The notes under the pieces are model-generated. The model saw nothing but the letters and a program-made list of their open reading frames with translations. It was not told the origin of the DNA and did not search any database. A stretch of DNA of 64,000 nucleotides. It comes from a virus. Location of the stretch: positions 1 to 64,000 of the IMG/VR virus record IMGVR_UViG_3300050821_007134; one strand, written 5' to 3'. Below are positions 10,222-21,631 of the stretch, in pieces (the stretch's first letter is position 1; every line of letters starts with the position of its first letter). The position numbers and the translations under genes are program-made.

Positions 10222-11277
10222 TTAATTAGCGAATGTTTTCAAAGTGAACCCAGATATCGCCGTACTAATTACTGGTAATCCTAAATTTCCTATGCCAAAC
10301 ATTTGAGTCGTAATCGTCAAAAGAGGCTGGCCGCCGGAGCCACCCAAAAAGGTCACTCCATCCAAAGTAATCTCGGGAGCCTTGATCATCGCTAAAGACT
10401 GGGCCTGCATGTTGATCTGGGAGGCTTGTAGAGTGGCGTTCGCATTAACCATGATCGAAAGACTGTCTACGTTAAATGACGCACTGCCTTGAGCCGTTAC
10501 GGTGAGTTCATTACATTTTGCTACAATATCCTTTTGGGCCGTAAGATTTATTCCGCCGGTAGCCGTTACAGAAAAATCTTTCTTCGTAGTATTAGAGATA
10601 TTCCCATCGGCTGTTAAGGAAGCGTCTCCTGATTTATCGAAACGTTGCGTTATAGTTTTGTGATTTACTTGATAGGAACCATCTTTTTCTACTGTAATTA
10701 CAGTATTTCCCTGTGTAGCATCAATTACTGCTCCACTGTTGTCTGTAGCCCCTTTGAAGGTAAATTGAGAACTGCCGTCGGCATTTATGACTACATGGAT
10801 GCCATTGAATTCTCCCTCTAAGTGCGGACCATCGCCATCCAAAGTAGTTTTCCGATCCGGATGGGTTACGGCTCCAATTATGATAGCCTTTTCAGTCATC
10901 CCGTCTAAACAAAGAATCAGTACCACTGACCCATCTTGACCAGAAGTGTTTAACGCGCCTTTATTTTTAACTGTCTGCTTTCTTAGAGTCTTCTCGAAAA
11001 AATCAGCAATGGACCCTAAGCCTTCGGCAGACAGACAGTTTCTATAAATTAAAGGAGTCGATCCGGCATCTTCATTTTGTTCGAACACTAAAACATCATA
11101 CTCATTGGATAGCTTTGAAAAATTATTAGGATCTGACACACCGTATGTTTTAAGAATGACGCCCATTCGCATAGCTACGTTCTTATAGGTTTTGTTAAAT
11201 CCTGCAATGCCAGAACGTAACTCTTCGCCGAGAAGACCAAAGGGAAGAACTGTTCCATTCTCTAGAAAGTTTTCCAT
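10222..11277 (-). CDS. Baseplate central spike (gpV/gp5-like)
   Basis: OB-fold-like N-terminus (GSVVLILCLDG...AIIIGA) followed by beta-helix repeats; directly follows the hub gene. Confidence 0.7.
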   Translation of the reverse strand: MENFLENGTVLPFGLLGEELRSGIAGFNKTYKNVAMRMGVILKTYGVSDPNNFSKLSNEYDVLVFEQNEDAGSTPLIYRNCLSAEGLGSIADFFEKTLRKQTVKNKGALNTSGQDGSVVLILCLDGMTEKAIIIGAVTHPDRKTTLDGDGPHLEGEFNGIHVVINADGSSQFTFKGATDNSGAVIDATQGNTVITVEKDGSYQVNHKTITQRFDKSGDASLTADGNISNTTKKDFSVTATGGINLTAQKDIVAKCNELTVTAQGSASFNVDSLSIMVNANATLQASQINMQAQSLAMIKAPEITLDGVTFLGGSGGQPLLTITTQMFGIGNLGLPVISTAISGFTLKTFAN

Positions 11278-13199
11278 TAGTCATTATCCTCGTTCTTTTT
11301 ATTTTTGTTTTGAGTATTAATAAAAGGTTGAGGAAAGGGAGCGCCTCCAGAATGGGGTTGATCTACGCTCTTAGGTCTATAAACAACATCTTGGCTTTCA
11401 GACACGCCAGGTAAAACTTGATTATATTTGGCATCGTTTTCTCTAAGTTTGTATGCGTCGGAGTAAGTCATTTCAGAATATGTCATGCCCTTGGCGCTGC
11501 CTTGAATATTTATGCCAGAACTTAAACTCAAAACAGTCCTAAAACTTTTACTACCGGTAATAATATTTATGGTAGCAGTATGGGTAACTTGCTCTATGTG
11601 GTAAACCGTACCATCAAATTCCAAATTGTCGCCTACGGTTATCGGATCTGCGATACCAATGCAGGCCATGGTTCCATTGAGTTTTAACTGTCCGCCGACT
11701 AGCGCATCTCCAACTATTCTGGCCCATATAGGAGCCGAGAATGTCAAATTGTCGGGGCTGTCGTCAAATTGATTTTGCGCTATATAGGGTCGAAGGCCAT
11801 TCCTTTTGATATCTTCGGCGTCGAACATGTAGTTAACTTTTGCAGTTTCGCCAGATACCTCTATACCTTTATCATTGAAATTTGACTTAGCATAGTATTG
11901 TACAAAGTTTATTCTGGCTGCTTCATCTCTTCCGATATCCAATTCATCTATTAGATCCGAAGTAATTTTCCATCTAGGAAGCGTTAAAAAAGTAGTGACT
12001 GGGATACTGTTAGCCTGCGCATCTTGCGTACCCATTGTTTGGCTAACAAAATCTGTATTGGTAAAAGGAATCTGTCTGAAAACCAATGTTGGCATAACTC
12101 GGTTGACTGCCGGTGCGATCCTAAAACAAGTATACATTTCATTCAAAGGAGTATTTGTGTACTGATTCATTATAGACCAAAGTTTAACTTGGTTCCAGAA
12201 TTCTGGCTTCAAAAGAGATAGGCCGCCACACAATTGATTGGTGTAATAAAATCCAGGATATTCTTGTTGCGGCTTCAAATTTGATGGATTCATTCCTGCA
12301 CTTAAGTTGGTCGTTGCTGTTCCTGATGCGTACTGTTGAATACCAAATAGATAAATGTAAACGTCTTTAACCGCTTGAGTAGTTTTATATTTATTTTCAT
12401 TATTTGTTTGACCAATGTCCGGATCAACAACTCCTAGGAGTCTTCCGACCAAAGTTGGAACTAAGAAATGGACATTAGGACTAATTGTTTGCCCTCCAAC
12501 TTTTCTAGATTTAGAGCTTGCGCCCGCACCAATAAAATTCATAATCAAAAATGCTATAACGTCTTGAATAGGCGGTTTACTGCTTCTGGTAACATTAGCC
12601 GACCAAAAAGCTCCAACATCACTTATGAATAAGGCCTGATTGGCCAGAGACTTTTGATTAACTAAATTGGGATTAAAATAAATTGTATTATTGAATTCTG
12701 TAAAAGCAAACCCCGTAATATTAAATAGTACGTTCTTTGTTCCAGATTCAGGATCTACTGTAACAGACCTACGAACACTCTGAACTTTAAAAAATCCTTT
12801 AAACCCATCGTTAATACCATTGATTGGCTGATTCTGTCTAGCCTGATCGGCCACACGTCTGGAATCTCTTTCCCAGTTAAGAATGTTTACGAAAACGAAA
12901 TCGCCTGGAGCAATTTCTGTCTCATAGTTAACATCTGTCATCTTCAGAACTGCGGTCATGGAAGGTGTTAAGGTTCCCTTATTCATAGTCGTAGTTACAC
13001 TTATGCAGTCATTCTCTATAACTAAAGGAGGTCTAACCTGATCTGGACTGTCAGTAGGAGTTCGTAGGGTATCTCTAAATTGCCATCTTACGAAGGTAAG
13101 AACCCACGTAGGACTAGATTGATTGACATGAAAATTCTCATCGGGGCCAGAACCCAACGGAGCTATTACTCTAGTAAAAGCTTTTACGTTATTGGACAT
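11277..13199 (-). CDS. Baseplate hub protein (gp27/gpD-like)
   Basis: 640 aa between tape measure and spike. C-terminal NGTMACIG...ITVGDNLEFDGTVYHIEQVTH is typical of hub proteins. Confidence 0.65.
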   Translation of the reverse strand: MSNNVKAFTRVIAPLGSGPDENFHVNQSSPTWVLTFVRWQFRDTLRTPTDSPDQVRPPLVIENDCISVTTTMNKGTLTPSMTAVLKMTDVNYETEIAPGDFVFVNILNWERDSRRVADQARQNQPINGINDGFKGFFKVQSVRRSVTVDPESGTKNVLFNITGFAFTEFNNTIYFNPNLVNQKSLANQALFISDVGAFWSANVTRSSKPPIQDVIAFLIMNFIGAGASSKSRKVGGQTISPNVHFLVPTLVGRLLGVVDPDIGQTNNENKYKTTQAVKDVYIYLFGIQQYASGTATTNLSAGMNPSNLKPQQEYPGFYYTNQLCGGLSLLKPEFWNQVKLWSIMNQYTNTPLNEMYTCFRIAPAVNRVMPTLVFRQIPFTNTDFVSQTMGTQDAQANSIPVTTFLTLPRWKITSDLIDELDIGRDEAARINFVQYYAKSNFNDKGIEVSGETAKVNYMFDAEDIKRNGLRPYIAQNQFDDSPDNLTFSAPIWARIVGDALVGGQLKLNGTMACIGIADPITVGDNLEFDGTVYHIEQVTHTATINIITGSKSFRTVLSLSSGINIQGSAKGMTYSEMTYSDAYKLRENDAKYNQVLPGVSESQDVVYRPKSVDQPHSGGAPFPQPFINTQNKNKKNEDND

Positions 13200-15478
13200 T
13201 AGGGTCCTTTACCGGCGGCAGGTTTGCCAGCCTGAGTTTGAGTGGGAGCTTTAGCTCCCTTGCCACCATTGGTAACTCTTAAAAACTCTATCATATTCTT
13301 AGTGAAATTGGCCAATGCATCGGCAGCCGGAGTAATAACCGTTACGTAGTCTCTAAAATTTTGTAAAAATCTTTGATTTAAAGCTCCAATAGCTTTCTCA
13401 TTTGCGTCTTCAACTTTTCCTGTTTCCCCGGCAGCCGCCCTTTGTTTAGCCGCAGCAATCTGATCTGCTCCAGTTCCAGTCGTAGGTTCTGCAAATCCTC
13501 TTCGCATTCCTCTAGTTCTGGCTTCGGCCTTTTGTGGGCCTCCGTAAGCTCCAGTCTGAGTTCCAGCTTCAATCATTTTTATGTATGTTGCTTTAATATC
13601 TCCAGGAAGTGAATTGATATCAACTGTAGATTCATCAAGACCATTTTGTTGGAAATATTTGTCTACCTTATCCATCTCAGTAGTGCTTAGGCCGACTTGT
13701 ACTCCTGGAAGTTGTCGCTTAGCTTTTGCAGCTGATGCTACGATATCTTTAGGTTGTACGTTTGCTTTTGCTGCTTCTGCGCGAACAGAAATATTTCGTT
13801 CATTGAGATCCTCATCTGGCATCTCCATTAACGTACCTATTCCGGTAGCGCCTAATTTGCCCAACGTAGGGTCTTGTTGCATCAAGGCAAATTGTAAAGC
13901 GCCTAGTCTTCCAGAAGTGGAAGATGATTGTTGCTGATATTCCTGATAAGCTGATTGTGCTCCTGTTAAACCTCCAGGAGTAATATTATCGCCAACAAAT
14001 CTGCCGAACCCTTGAGTAAGTCTTGCTGCGTCTTGGGGCGATTGTGCTCCGCTATTAGCGATTATTGTTCCAGCGATATCTGCGAATTGTCTAAATTCCT
14101 GTGTAAATTCTGATTTACTAAATCCACGATTGACTGCTTCTTCTAGCATTCTTTCAGTAAGTTGCTGTGCTAGTCCTGCATTGCCGGTTTGTCCACTGAT
14201 TTTCCCTAAGATTCCACCAATATTAGTGAGATTCATTCCTGCTTGAAGTTGTAATCCGCCGGTTGTAGATCTTCCTCCGCGAGTAGATCCTCCAGCGCCC
14301 ATGATTGCTTGGGTCATAGCAAGAGAGGCGGCTTCATTAGAGCCGCTCAAATTTGCAGATTCTAAATATCCACCGGCACCATGATATGTCCCGTAATCTA
14401 AACCAAGTAATCTCTGAGCCGTTAAATCTCGCTGACTATTTTGCTGAAATCTCTGAGAGGCCAAAACCTTCATAGGATTCTTTGCCATTTCAGCCTGTAA
14501 CATCTTTTGGTAATCTTGACCGTATTCTTGTTCTTTTTGCGCTTCGTAGGATTCTACGAATTCTTGGTGCATTTTGGTATTTTCTAATAACGATCCACCG
14601 GTAAGAGCTGCCCCGGTTTTGCTAAAAAATTGAGAGAAATTTGTTGGACGATTGTAATTATTTTTTAACTTGACCTTAGCTATTCTCATAGCTTCTTGAC
14701 GCTCTTGGTCAAAAGCCATATTGCCGATCGCATCTCCAGCCGACAAAGACTCTAACTGTTTGCCTAAAACATCTTGAGTAGCGCTACCCTGGGCCTGAGC
14801 CGTTGTAATTGGCAAATTGGCATACTGGTTAACCATAACGTTACCGGCAGCCGCTAAGGCCATTACGCTCGCTACGACTTTTCCCAAACCAAACAAAGTT
14901 TTCCCAATTTCTGAGATAGTGCCTCCAGGAGGCCCCTTTTTGCCGCCGCCGCCGCCCTCGTCAAAGTCCATACCTTCGAGCTGATAGCCTCTACCAGCCA
15001 AAACGTTCTGGATATTTGCCTGGCGCTTAGCTCTTTCATTGAGAGATTCTTCTATGACTTTTCTTCGAGTGGAGTGCTGTTGAATTAATTCTTGAGTTAT
15101 ATCTTGGTTTTTTCTTAATTTTTCCTCTAAGATGGCAACTTCTTCACGACTTAAATTATTGTTATCCTTCATTAATTTAGAAATTTTTGCTTCATTATTT
15201 AGTCGTTCGATGATTCTTTGGGCCAAAGCCTGATTCGTGCGATTTTGGGCGATGGTCATTTGATCCATCTCTCGACGAGCCTGTAAATTGTTTCCGGGAT
15301 TCATTGGATTGAATCCAGCGCCTACGCCGCCCATCCTGGCATTCATGGCATTCTGAGACCTAGCGATATCACCAGGTGCGTAGAGTTCTTTAAGTTTTTT
15401 CTGCATCTGATCAATCGAGCGATTGAAATCTTCGTTATCAAACTCGACTTTACCAGTGATTTTAAAGGTTTTATCCAT
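13199..15478 (-). CDS. Probable tape measure protein
   Basis: 759 aa, A/G/Q-rich and helical with a coiled-coil N-terminus, directly upstream of hub and spike. Confidence 0.6.
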   Translation of the reverse strand: MDKTFKITGKVEFDNEDFNRSIDQMQKKLKELYAPGDIARSQNAMNARMGGVGAGFNPMNPGNNLQARREMDQMTIAQNRTNQALAQRIIERLNNEAKISKLMKDNNNLSREEVAILEEKLRKNQDITQELIQQHSTRRKVIEESLNERAKRQANIQNVLAGRGYQLEGMDFDEGGGGGKKGPPGGTISEIGKTLFGLGKVVASVMALAAAGNVMVNQYANLPITTAQAQGSATQDVLGKQLESLSAGDAIGNMAFDQERQEAMRIAKVKLKNNYNRPTNFSQFFSKTGAALTGGSLLENTKMHQEFVESYEAQKEQEYGQDYQKMLQAEMAKNPMKVLASQRFQQNSQRDLTAQRLLGLDYGTYHGAGGYLESANLSGSNEAASLAMTQAIMGAGGSTRGGRSTTGGLQLQAGMNLTNIGGILGKISGQTGNAGLAQQLTERMLEEAVNRGFSKSEFTQEFRQFADIAGTIIANSGAQSPQDAARLTQGFGRFVGDNITPGGLTGAQSAYQEYQQQSSSTSGRLGALQFALMQQDPTLGKLGATGIGTLMEMPDEDLNERNISVRAEAAKANVQPKDIVASAAKAKRQLPGVQVGLSTTEMDKVDKYFQQNGLDESTVDINSLPGDIKATYIKMIEAGTQTGAYGGPQKAEARTRGMRRGFAEPTTGTGADQIAAAKQRAAAGETGKVEDANEKAIGALNQRFLQNFRDYVTVITPAADALANFTKNMIEFLRVTNGGKGAKAPTQTQAGKPAAGKGP

Positions 15479-15755
15479 TTTTTAAGCTTCCTATTTAACT
15501 TAAAGATTCCAATTCTGGGAAGTACCCCGTCTATATCCTAGATATGACATTTGGGGCGGTGCAGTATTTACCGTGTGAATAGATACTGAATGGGTATTTG
15601 ATCAAATACCCAATACAATACTTAATAATAACAAGTAGTTGTAGAACTTATTTGATTAAATCAGCGTCATTTTTGAATAGATACTGAATAGAAAGAAACC
15701 CATTGACCTAATCCGCGTTCCGCGATATTCTATTTGAAGAAAGTGGGAACAATAA

Positions 15756-16218
15756 ATGGCTAAAAAACAATCCAAGAAGCCCCAAGCTACCTTTTTCAAA
15801 GATATGCCAAAAAATGAAAAAGAACGATTAGAACTCATGATCAGACTCAATCAAGAGGCCCTGACAGACACCGCCGAAACCGAAATTGATGACATCCTTC
15901 GAACCCAAATTGAAGGCATAAAAGAGAGAATAAAAGCTCTAAAATACTAATCTTCAGTGAATGCCGACGAATCCCATAAATCAATACACAATTTTATTCC
16001 TAACAATCGTGTCTATCTGGGTACTTATAGAATACCACGCGCCTATTAACGCTTTCTTCACATCGGGCTTCAAAAAATACCGTTGTAAGGCAGGACTGCA
16101 CAATGCAGCAAAATCCAAGTATTATTGCGCAGATTGCAAAAAAGCGGCCAAATCACATTTGAAGGTTATAGACGGTAACGGGGAATTTAAAAAGAAAATA
16201 AACGATTTCAAGTTTTAA
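15756..16218 (+). CDS. Two small hypothetical proteins (15756-15950; 15961-16218 with a TM helix and Cys motif)
   Basis: ORF track; divergent from the structural operon. Confidence 0.5.
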
Positions 16219-16557
16219 TCTAATGGCGGAAGACATTCGTCGGACAGCCAAGTAAAACCACAAAACCCTAATTCGAAGATTTTACAACCGCAAATCCCTT
16301 TGAGATACCCAAAACTCCAGGATTTACTGACCCATAATTCTAGTCTGTGGATTTGAATAAACATTATCTAAACTTGAAATCTTGAGGTTCGATCCATTGA
16401 GTGATCTTGACTTCTACTTCTACTATTCCGCAAGTTTTCCAACATTTTCTCTGTTCTTTGAGGGCTTTGACTGAAGCATAGACCGGAGTGGAATCTAGGA
16501 CTTCTCCAAGTTCATGTTGGAAATCTACTCCACACATATAGCCTTTTCTTGTATCGT

Positions 16558-16977
16558 TCATTTTAAAAGCTCGATAGCCTCATCGGCTTCTTTAGAGGTT
16601 AGACCAATAAATTGACTGGGCTTGACCCAATGATCTTTGAGGGCATCGATACGGTAATCGTCATCGATGATTACGAATTTTTCAATATCTTTGTGATCTT
16701 TTAGATATTCCTCGATGTGATGAATTCTTTTATGGGGTTTGTCTTCTGCTGTCAGTCCACATACTCGGGAGGCGTCTATGCCATTGTCCGTAAGCATGTC
16801 TTTTACATATTTCATGCCATGATGGCGCCAAGTACTCGACACGACAATTTTTGCCTCGGGAACGGCTTTAAGAATCTTGTTAAGACTTTCAACAGGAGCT
16901 TTGGAAAATTTCTTAGGCTCATACCGCTTGTTGTATGGGGCTAAGACTCCGTCGAAATCTAAAAAAATTACCTTCAT
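16558..16977 (-). CDS. HAD phosphatase, Swiss-Army-knife RNA-repair type (HAD_SAK-like)
   Basis: Motifs MKVIFLDFDGVL, IVVSSTWR, FVIIDDD and GLT. Confidence 0.85.
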   Translation of the reverse strand: MKVIFLDFDGVLAPYNKRYEPKKFSKAPVESLNKILKAVPEAKIVVSSTWRHHGMKYVKDMLTDNGIDASRVCGLTAEDKPHKRIHHIEEYLKDHKDIEKFVIIDDDYRIDALKDHWVKPSQFIGLTSKEADEAIELLK

Positions 16978-17281
16978 GGAGAACCTTCTGGCTTATTAGA
17001 AATATCGGTGTAACCGTAAAAATCTACCAATTTTTGAATGTACTTTTTGATTTCTTCCGTCCATCCAAAAGCTTCACCGGCATAGTAGGCTACCACGATG
17101 CAAGGGCAGCCAGTAGTTACGGCGATCATGGAGATATCGGCACTTCGATCTTTCGGATCACGATTGGACAGCCAATTGACTATTGTTCTTTTGCTGGCCT
17201 CGTAGGCTCCGACATCGATATGCATAAACTCCTAAATGATAAGATTAACATTATCGGACAAAGGTCAACAAAAACAACTAT

Positions 17282-17770
17282 TTACATCTTAAGACCCCAT
17301 TTTTTAGCTAATTCTTTGCGCTTGGTCTTTGGAATTGTTTTGGATTCCATAAAGGACTTGCCGTCTAAATGCTCGATCTCGTGCTCTATGCAAATTGCGT
17401 CGATTCCTTTCATGATTCGAAGTCTAGCTTCGCCCTTCTCATTTTGGAATTGCATTTCGACCCATTCATGGCGGCTTCCGGTGACGACTTGTTCTCCGGG
17501 AGCGCTCAGGCAGGATTCCTTGAAAAGACAAGTAACCAACGATTTCTTTGTAATTATGGGATTTACGACGTTTATGCGCTCACCGGCCTCAGTATCCATG
17601 ACAAACATGCGAAACTCTAAGCCCACTTGATTTGCGGCCAGGCCGACACCATTGGCAGTGTGCATGGTTCGATACATATTATCCAATAGAAGTTTTAATT
17701 CAGTTTCGAATACTGTGACTGGAATACAGACCTTAAATAGAGCCGGATCAGGAAATTTAAGGACCTTCAT
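17282..17770 (-). CDS. def: Peptide deformylase
   Basis: GVGLAANQVG, ESCLS (EGCLS variant) and HEIEHLDG. Confidence 0.95.
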   Translation of the reverse strand: MKVLKFPDPALFKVCIPVTVFETELKLLLDNMYRTMHTANGVGLAANQVGLEFRMFVMDTEAGERINVVNPIITKKSLVTCLFKESCLSAPGEQVVTGSRHEWVEMQFQNEKGEARLRIMKGIDAICIEHEIEHLDGKSFMESKTIPKTKRKELAKKWGLKM

Positions 17771-18612
17771 ACAGAAATTTTAGCGCTATCAATACAAATA
17801 GCGTTCCCCATATTAAAAACATGAAGGACACGTAGAGTGCCCGTTTTATCTTTTTCTTCACTTAAAGTTCCACTGAAGTTTCAACAATTGTGAATCGGTA
17901 GCGAGTTCGGTAGTAACTTTATCGCAGATGCCAAGGCTTGGCAAATCTACATGCAATTTTTTGTCTTCCACTGTTTTATAAACGAACACGCTTGCACCCA
18001 CTACGTTAATGGTTTTGTTTCCTACTAAAGATTCGGCCTTCTGATATCCCAGCTTTGTAGCAGAATCCTCTATCTTTATACTTTCTTGCTTTACGCCAGT
18101 TTGAAGGGAGGTAGCATCGGCGGCCTTATTACAAGCTAAACCGTAGTTTGCTGGAGCCATGGCACAAAGGCTGGCCATTAAACTTTCAATAAGAGCCACG
18201 ATTCTTCCTTTCCCACTCTTCATCGAGTTCTGCATTAGAATTAGATGGGTCTGGTACTTCTTTACTTATGATTTTATCGGAGAGTTCAAGTAAATGCGCA
18301 ACTTGGGATGGATCAGACATACCAACTTCACCAATGGCTCTCAGAGCCTCTCGGTTGGTCATTTTGCCTTTTTCCCAATCCTTACAAATGATGCACATTG
18401 TTATCCTCGTTTCAAACGATCCAGGGTTCCGTACTCAGAAGTCAAATCTCGAATAAAAAAGGATGTTTGACTCAGAGCCTTCTTATTCAATTTTCTAACT
18501 TCTACGGTCACTTCTTCTAGGGAATCGTAGATGTGTCCCAGAGATCTATAAGTCTGACTGAAACCCATCATCTCCACTATATCCCATCGCTCTTTCACTT
18601 GCTCGTTATTTT

Positions 18613-19695
18613 TCACTTAGCCTCCAAAATTTTTAAATCATTGCCGTCCGGACGTATCTGTTTCATGACATACTTGGTCACAATATGATTTTTTCCTTCC
18701 AAAAGTGGGAACATGGCGGATTTATGTTTAACTTCGTTAGTATCTCGCAAGAATATCCCAACAGTTTTACGGCCCTCGGGACTTAAATCACGGGTAGGAA
18801 GCGTGCAAAAGTCTTGCTGGACTTCTTCCATCATAGCCACAAATTGTTTTTCTAGGGTCTCCACAATTGGCTCGAATTCCTTCTTAAACTCTTCTGGGAG
18901 CTGCGCAAGGTAGTCTTTTGGTACTTTGCCATCAACCATGGCTTCCCAGAAAGAAATTGGGGACATATGCGACAACATTTTCGCGATCCTAAGATACTCT
19001 TCACCTTTGATTTTGACGCGTAGCCCATTATCGAATCTAACCACGAAGCCTTCTTCGTCCTTAGGAAGTGATTTTTGAAGTTCGACCATATCCATAATGG
19101 AATACGAGAAAAGCTTAGCGTGTGGCATTCCTGTCTGTTCCGAAAATTGCAAAAGACTCATGGGATTAAATTCATGCCCACTTCCGGCGTCATAGGCGCC
19201 GATCAAAACTAATTTCTCTTGATCGCCATAATCCACAATAATTTTATTGGCAGGATAGATGATTTCCGCCAATAATGTAGTTGACGGAGAAATGGCGGAT
19301 AAATCATATTTCTTCAGTAATTCTGCGCCCTTTTGGGCTTGTTCTGAGTAGAAACTTCCTCTAGTTGCGATCTGCCACTGACCCTCGTAATTGAAGATGA
19401 TACCAAGAGATCCGTCAACCTTTTCGAAGGAAGTGTAATTCATTCCCATAGGAAGATTGGCCAAAAATGTCTCTTCCATCTCGCCTAAATTGAAGAACTT
19501 AGGGAATGGTTTCGCTATGACTCTGCCGGTACCTTTTTCTAAAATGAGACCTCTGGCCGCTCGGGTGTATTCGTTCCAATGGCGATCGAACGTGGTCTTT
19601 TCAGAATAACCGTAGAGTACAAGACCGTCCTTTTCGGATTTTCTAAGATAGCCCTCTTTGTAGAGTTCTTCAAATTTTTCAACGTCGTACAACAC
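18613..19695 (-). CDS. T4 Rnl1-like RNA ligase
   Basis: ARGLIL...PFPKFFNLGE, motif I EKVDGSLG, ATRGSF, EGFVV, RVKIK. Confidence 0.92.
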   Translation of the reverse strand: MLYDVEKFEELYKEGYLRKSEKDGLVLYGYSEKTTFDRHWNEYTRAARGLILEKGTGRVIAKPFPKFFNLGEMEETFLANLPMGMNYTSFEKVDGSLGIIFNYEGQWQIATRGSFYSEQAQKGAELLKKYDLSAISPSTTLLAEIIYPANKIIVDYGDQEKLVLIGAYDAGSGHEFNPMSLLQFSEQTGMPHAKLFSYSIMDMVELQKSLPKDEEGFVVRFDNGLRVKIKGEEYLRIAKMLSHMSPISFWEAMVDGKVPKDYLAQLPEEFKKEFEPIVETLEKQFVAMMEEVQQDFCTLPTRDLSPEGRKTVGIFLRDTNEVKHKSAMFPLLEGKNHIVTKYVMKQIRPDGNDLKILEAK

Positions 19696-19842
19696 TTAAT
19701 GCTCCTAACACTTTCTTGGCGGCTTGCTTTTTATTTAAGCCCTTTTTAATCAACTTATCGAACTGTCTTCTTTGTTTTCGATTCATGTTGGCTAGCCTCA
19801 TCTCGAACTCTTCTTCTACGGTTAGAGGATAAGCCATTCCCA

Positions 19843-20712
19843 TTAAAAATTACCCGGCGCAACTTGATGGCATTCGAAGCCTCTAGCACGCCACATATCA
19901 ACTACCTGATTGCGGTCATCGAGAATAAAGGCTGGTTTCCATTGAGTCAAAATATCAAAATCCAAGATAATTTCTTTGACGATTGAATCTGGGCGATGAT
20001 CTCCGGCTTCTCTCATTAATAAATGTGTATTAAATCCATGGGGCGTTACGTGTTTATAAAGCCAATCAATGGTTAATTGCTCATATTCTTTTGGGCGTCC
20101 GGAACAAAATACAATATCGTGATCTTTGGAGAATCTCTTGAGAATTTCTAGAACGTTATTATTCGGGGTATCATTGACCATTTCTAGAAAAAATTTATTC
20201 CAATCCTTTTTACCTTCTCGCTGAACGTAATGCTGCCTATGTTTTACATTACATAGAGTGCCATCAAGATCACAAATAATTGCAGGATGACAATAGCCCG
20301 ATTGCCCGCGCTTAGTAATCAAATCTGCTTCTGAAGCTTCTACCGGCTCGTATTTTGAGAAAAAGAATGCCAACACTCGCTTGGCGGTTTCCGTGTCTTT
20401 GATTGTAGGATGATTGGTTCTACGGCTCATTCTTTCCATACAAATGGAGTGCGATGCATAGAGAATTACAATTTCTGTGTGATAACCATTGGCTTTGGCG
20501 AATTCGATATATCTCTGGCGTTGATGATAAGAAAAACCCATTCGATCTACTACGATATCCTTCCCTAGATTAACGGCTTCTTCAAAAAGTCGAATGTGAT
20601 CTTTGCCTTGGTCATCCTGATTAATTCTTATCCAGCCAATCCCAACGCATTCTTGTGCAAAAGTACTTTTCCCAGAACCAGGAGGCCCGACTAGAACTAC
20701 AAGTTTTTTCAT
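19843..20712 (-). CDS. pseT: Polynucleotide 5'-kinase/3'-phosphatase (T4 PseT-like)
   Basis: P-loop GPPGSGKST, plus C-terminal HAD motifs DLDGTL, SGR and DDRNQVVDMWR. Confidence 0.92.
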   Translation of the reverse strand: MKKLVVLVGPPGSGKSTFAQECVGIGWIRINQDDQGKDHIRLFEEAVNLGKDIVVDRMGFSYHQRQRYIEFAKANGYHTEIVILYASHSICMERMSRRTNHPTIKDTETAKRVLAFFFSKYEPVEASEADLITKRGQSGYCHPAIICDLDGTLCNVKHRQHYVQREGKKDWNKFFLEMVNDTPNNNVLEILKRFSKDHDIVFCSGRPKEYEQLTIDWLYKHVTPHGFNTHLLMREAGDHRPDSIVKEIILDFDILTQWKPAFILDDRNQVVDMWRARGFECHQVAPGNF

Positions 20713-20905
20713 GGTATCCCATGATGATCTACGTCATCGTAGTCATCTCCTTCATCAACCTCAGTCCCGCGAGGAACAGCACGTTCAACCAAGAACTTGA
20801 AGACATCGTGAAAAATCATGAGAAGTTCTTTTGACTCACCGTCAGTTTCTTTTGCGGCAAGCTCTTTCAGTTTTTTTATTCTTTTTTTAACATATGCGCG
20901 TCCCA

Positions 20906-21595
20906 TTAAAATTTCTCCACAATAGGTGCCCACAAATCAACGAACTCTTCGTTAGCGCCCGTAGAAGGATTAAAATAAACTTCCAATCCATACATTGGAC
21001 CATTTCTTCTAAGTTTGAAAAGTTTCTTTGAAAGCCAAGCGAATAAAGTCGGCAAGACTGCATTGGATTGTGCCAAATCTCCGATCAAATTGATATTATC
21101 TCCGACATACTTATTGGCCTTATCGAAGTAAGAAAGAACGACACTAAAGAGCGTGCTTCCCAATAAATACAGATCTGCAACATAAAGCAGGGGCAATAAA
21201 TACCATGCATAAAGCGCTCTTGCTATTCTTGCGTAGTCGGTAATGAAAGCTAGATCCCCGTTAGGATAGCGGGAGTAATTTTTCAAAATATTTTTTAAAA
21301 TAGTTTTGACACGGCCATTGTAATCGTAGTAGCCGCAGGCCCTTACAGTGGGACTTAATTGGTCCCTAGAAACGTCGTTGGGGTCCAGAATAGCAGTGTA
21401 TTTGATTTCGTCTCTTTGAAGATTTCCGTTAGCGTCAGTCAGGACGACCAATGCTTCATAATAGGGAGCCATTCCGGGAATGGGCATTTGGGCGGGATTA
21501 AGATAGCACCCTTCATACCAGAAACCCTCGCGCCCGAGCTTGTCTCCGCCATCGCCGTCAGATTGTTCTATTAGTCCTTTGTCGTCTAAGTACAT
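20906..21595 (-). CDS. Hypothetical membrane protein (DGGD...SRDQ motifs)
   Basis: 229 aa with hydrophobic segments; has its own sigma70-like promoter. Confidence 0.55.
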   Translation of the reverse strand: MYLDDKGLIEQSDGDGGDKLGREGFWYEGCYLNPAQMPIPGMAPYYEALVVLTDANGNLQRDEIKYTAILDPNDVSRDQLSPTVRACGYYDYNGRVKTILKNILKNYSRYPNGDLAFITDYARIARALYAWYLLPLLYVADLYLLGSTLFSVVLSYFDKANKYVGDNINLIGDLAQSNAVLPTLFAWLSKKLFKLRRNGPMYGLEVYFNPSTGANEEFVDLWAPIVEKF

Positions 21596-21602
21596 AAATT
21601 AT

Positions 21603-21631
21603 ATTTTACGTGAGGGATGTTTTATTGTCAA
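21603..21631 (-). promoter_or_regulatory. sigma70-type promoter
   Basis: TTGACA-N17-TAAAAT just upstream of the ATG at 21595 (near-leaderless). Confidence 0.75.

Noticed and set aside
11-14000. Short opposite-strand or alternative-frame ORFs in the track (e.g. 11-271, 746-1111, 4094-4336, 13581-13937)
   Set aside because: They are shadows of long structural genes, with no RBS or recognisable motifs.
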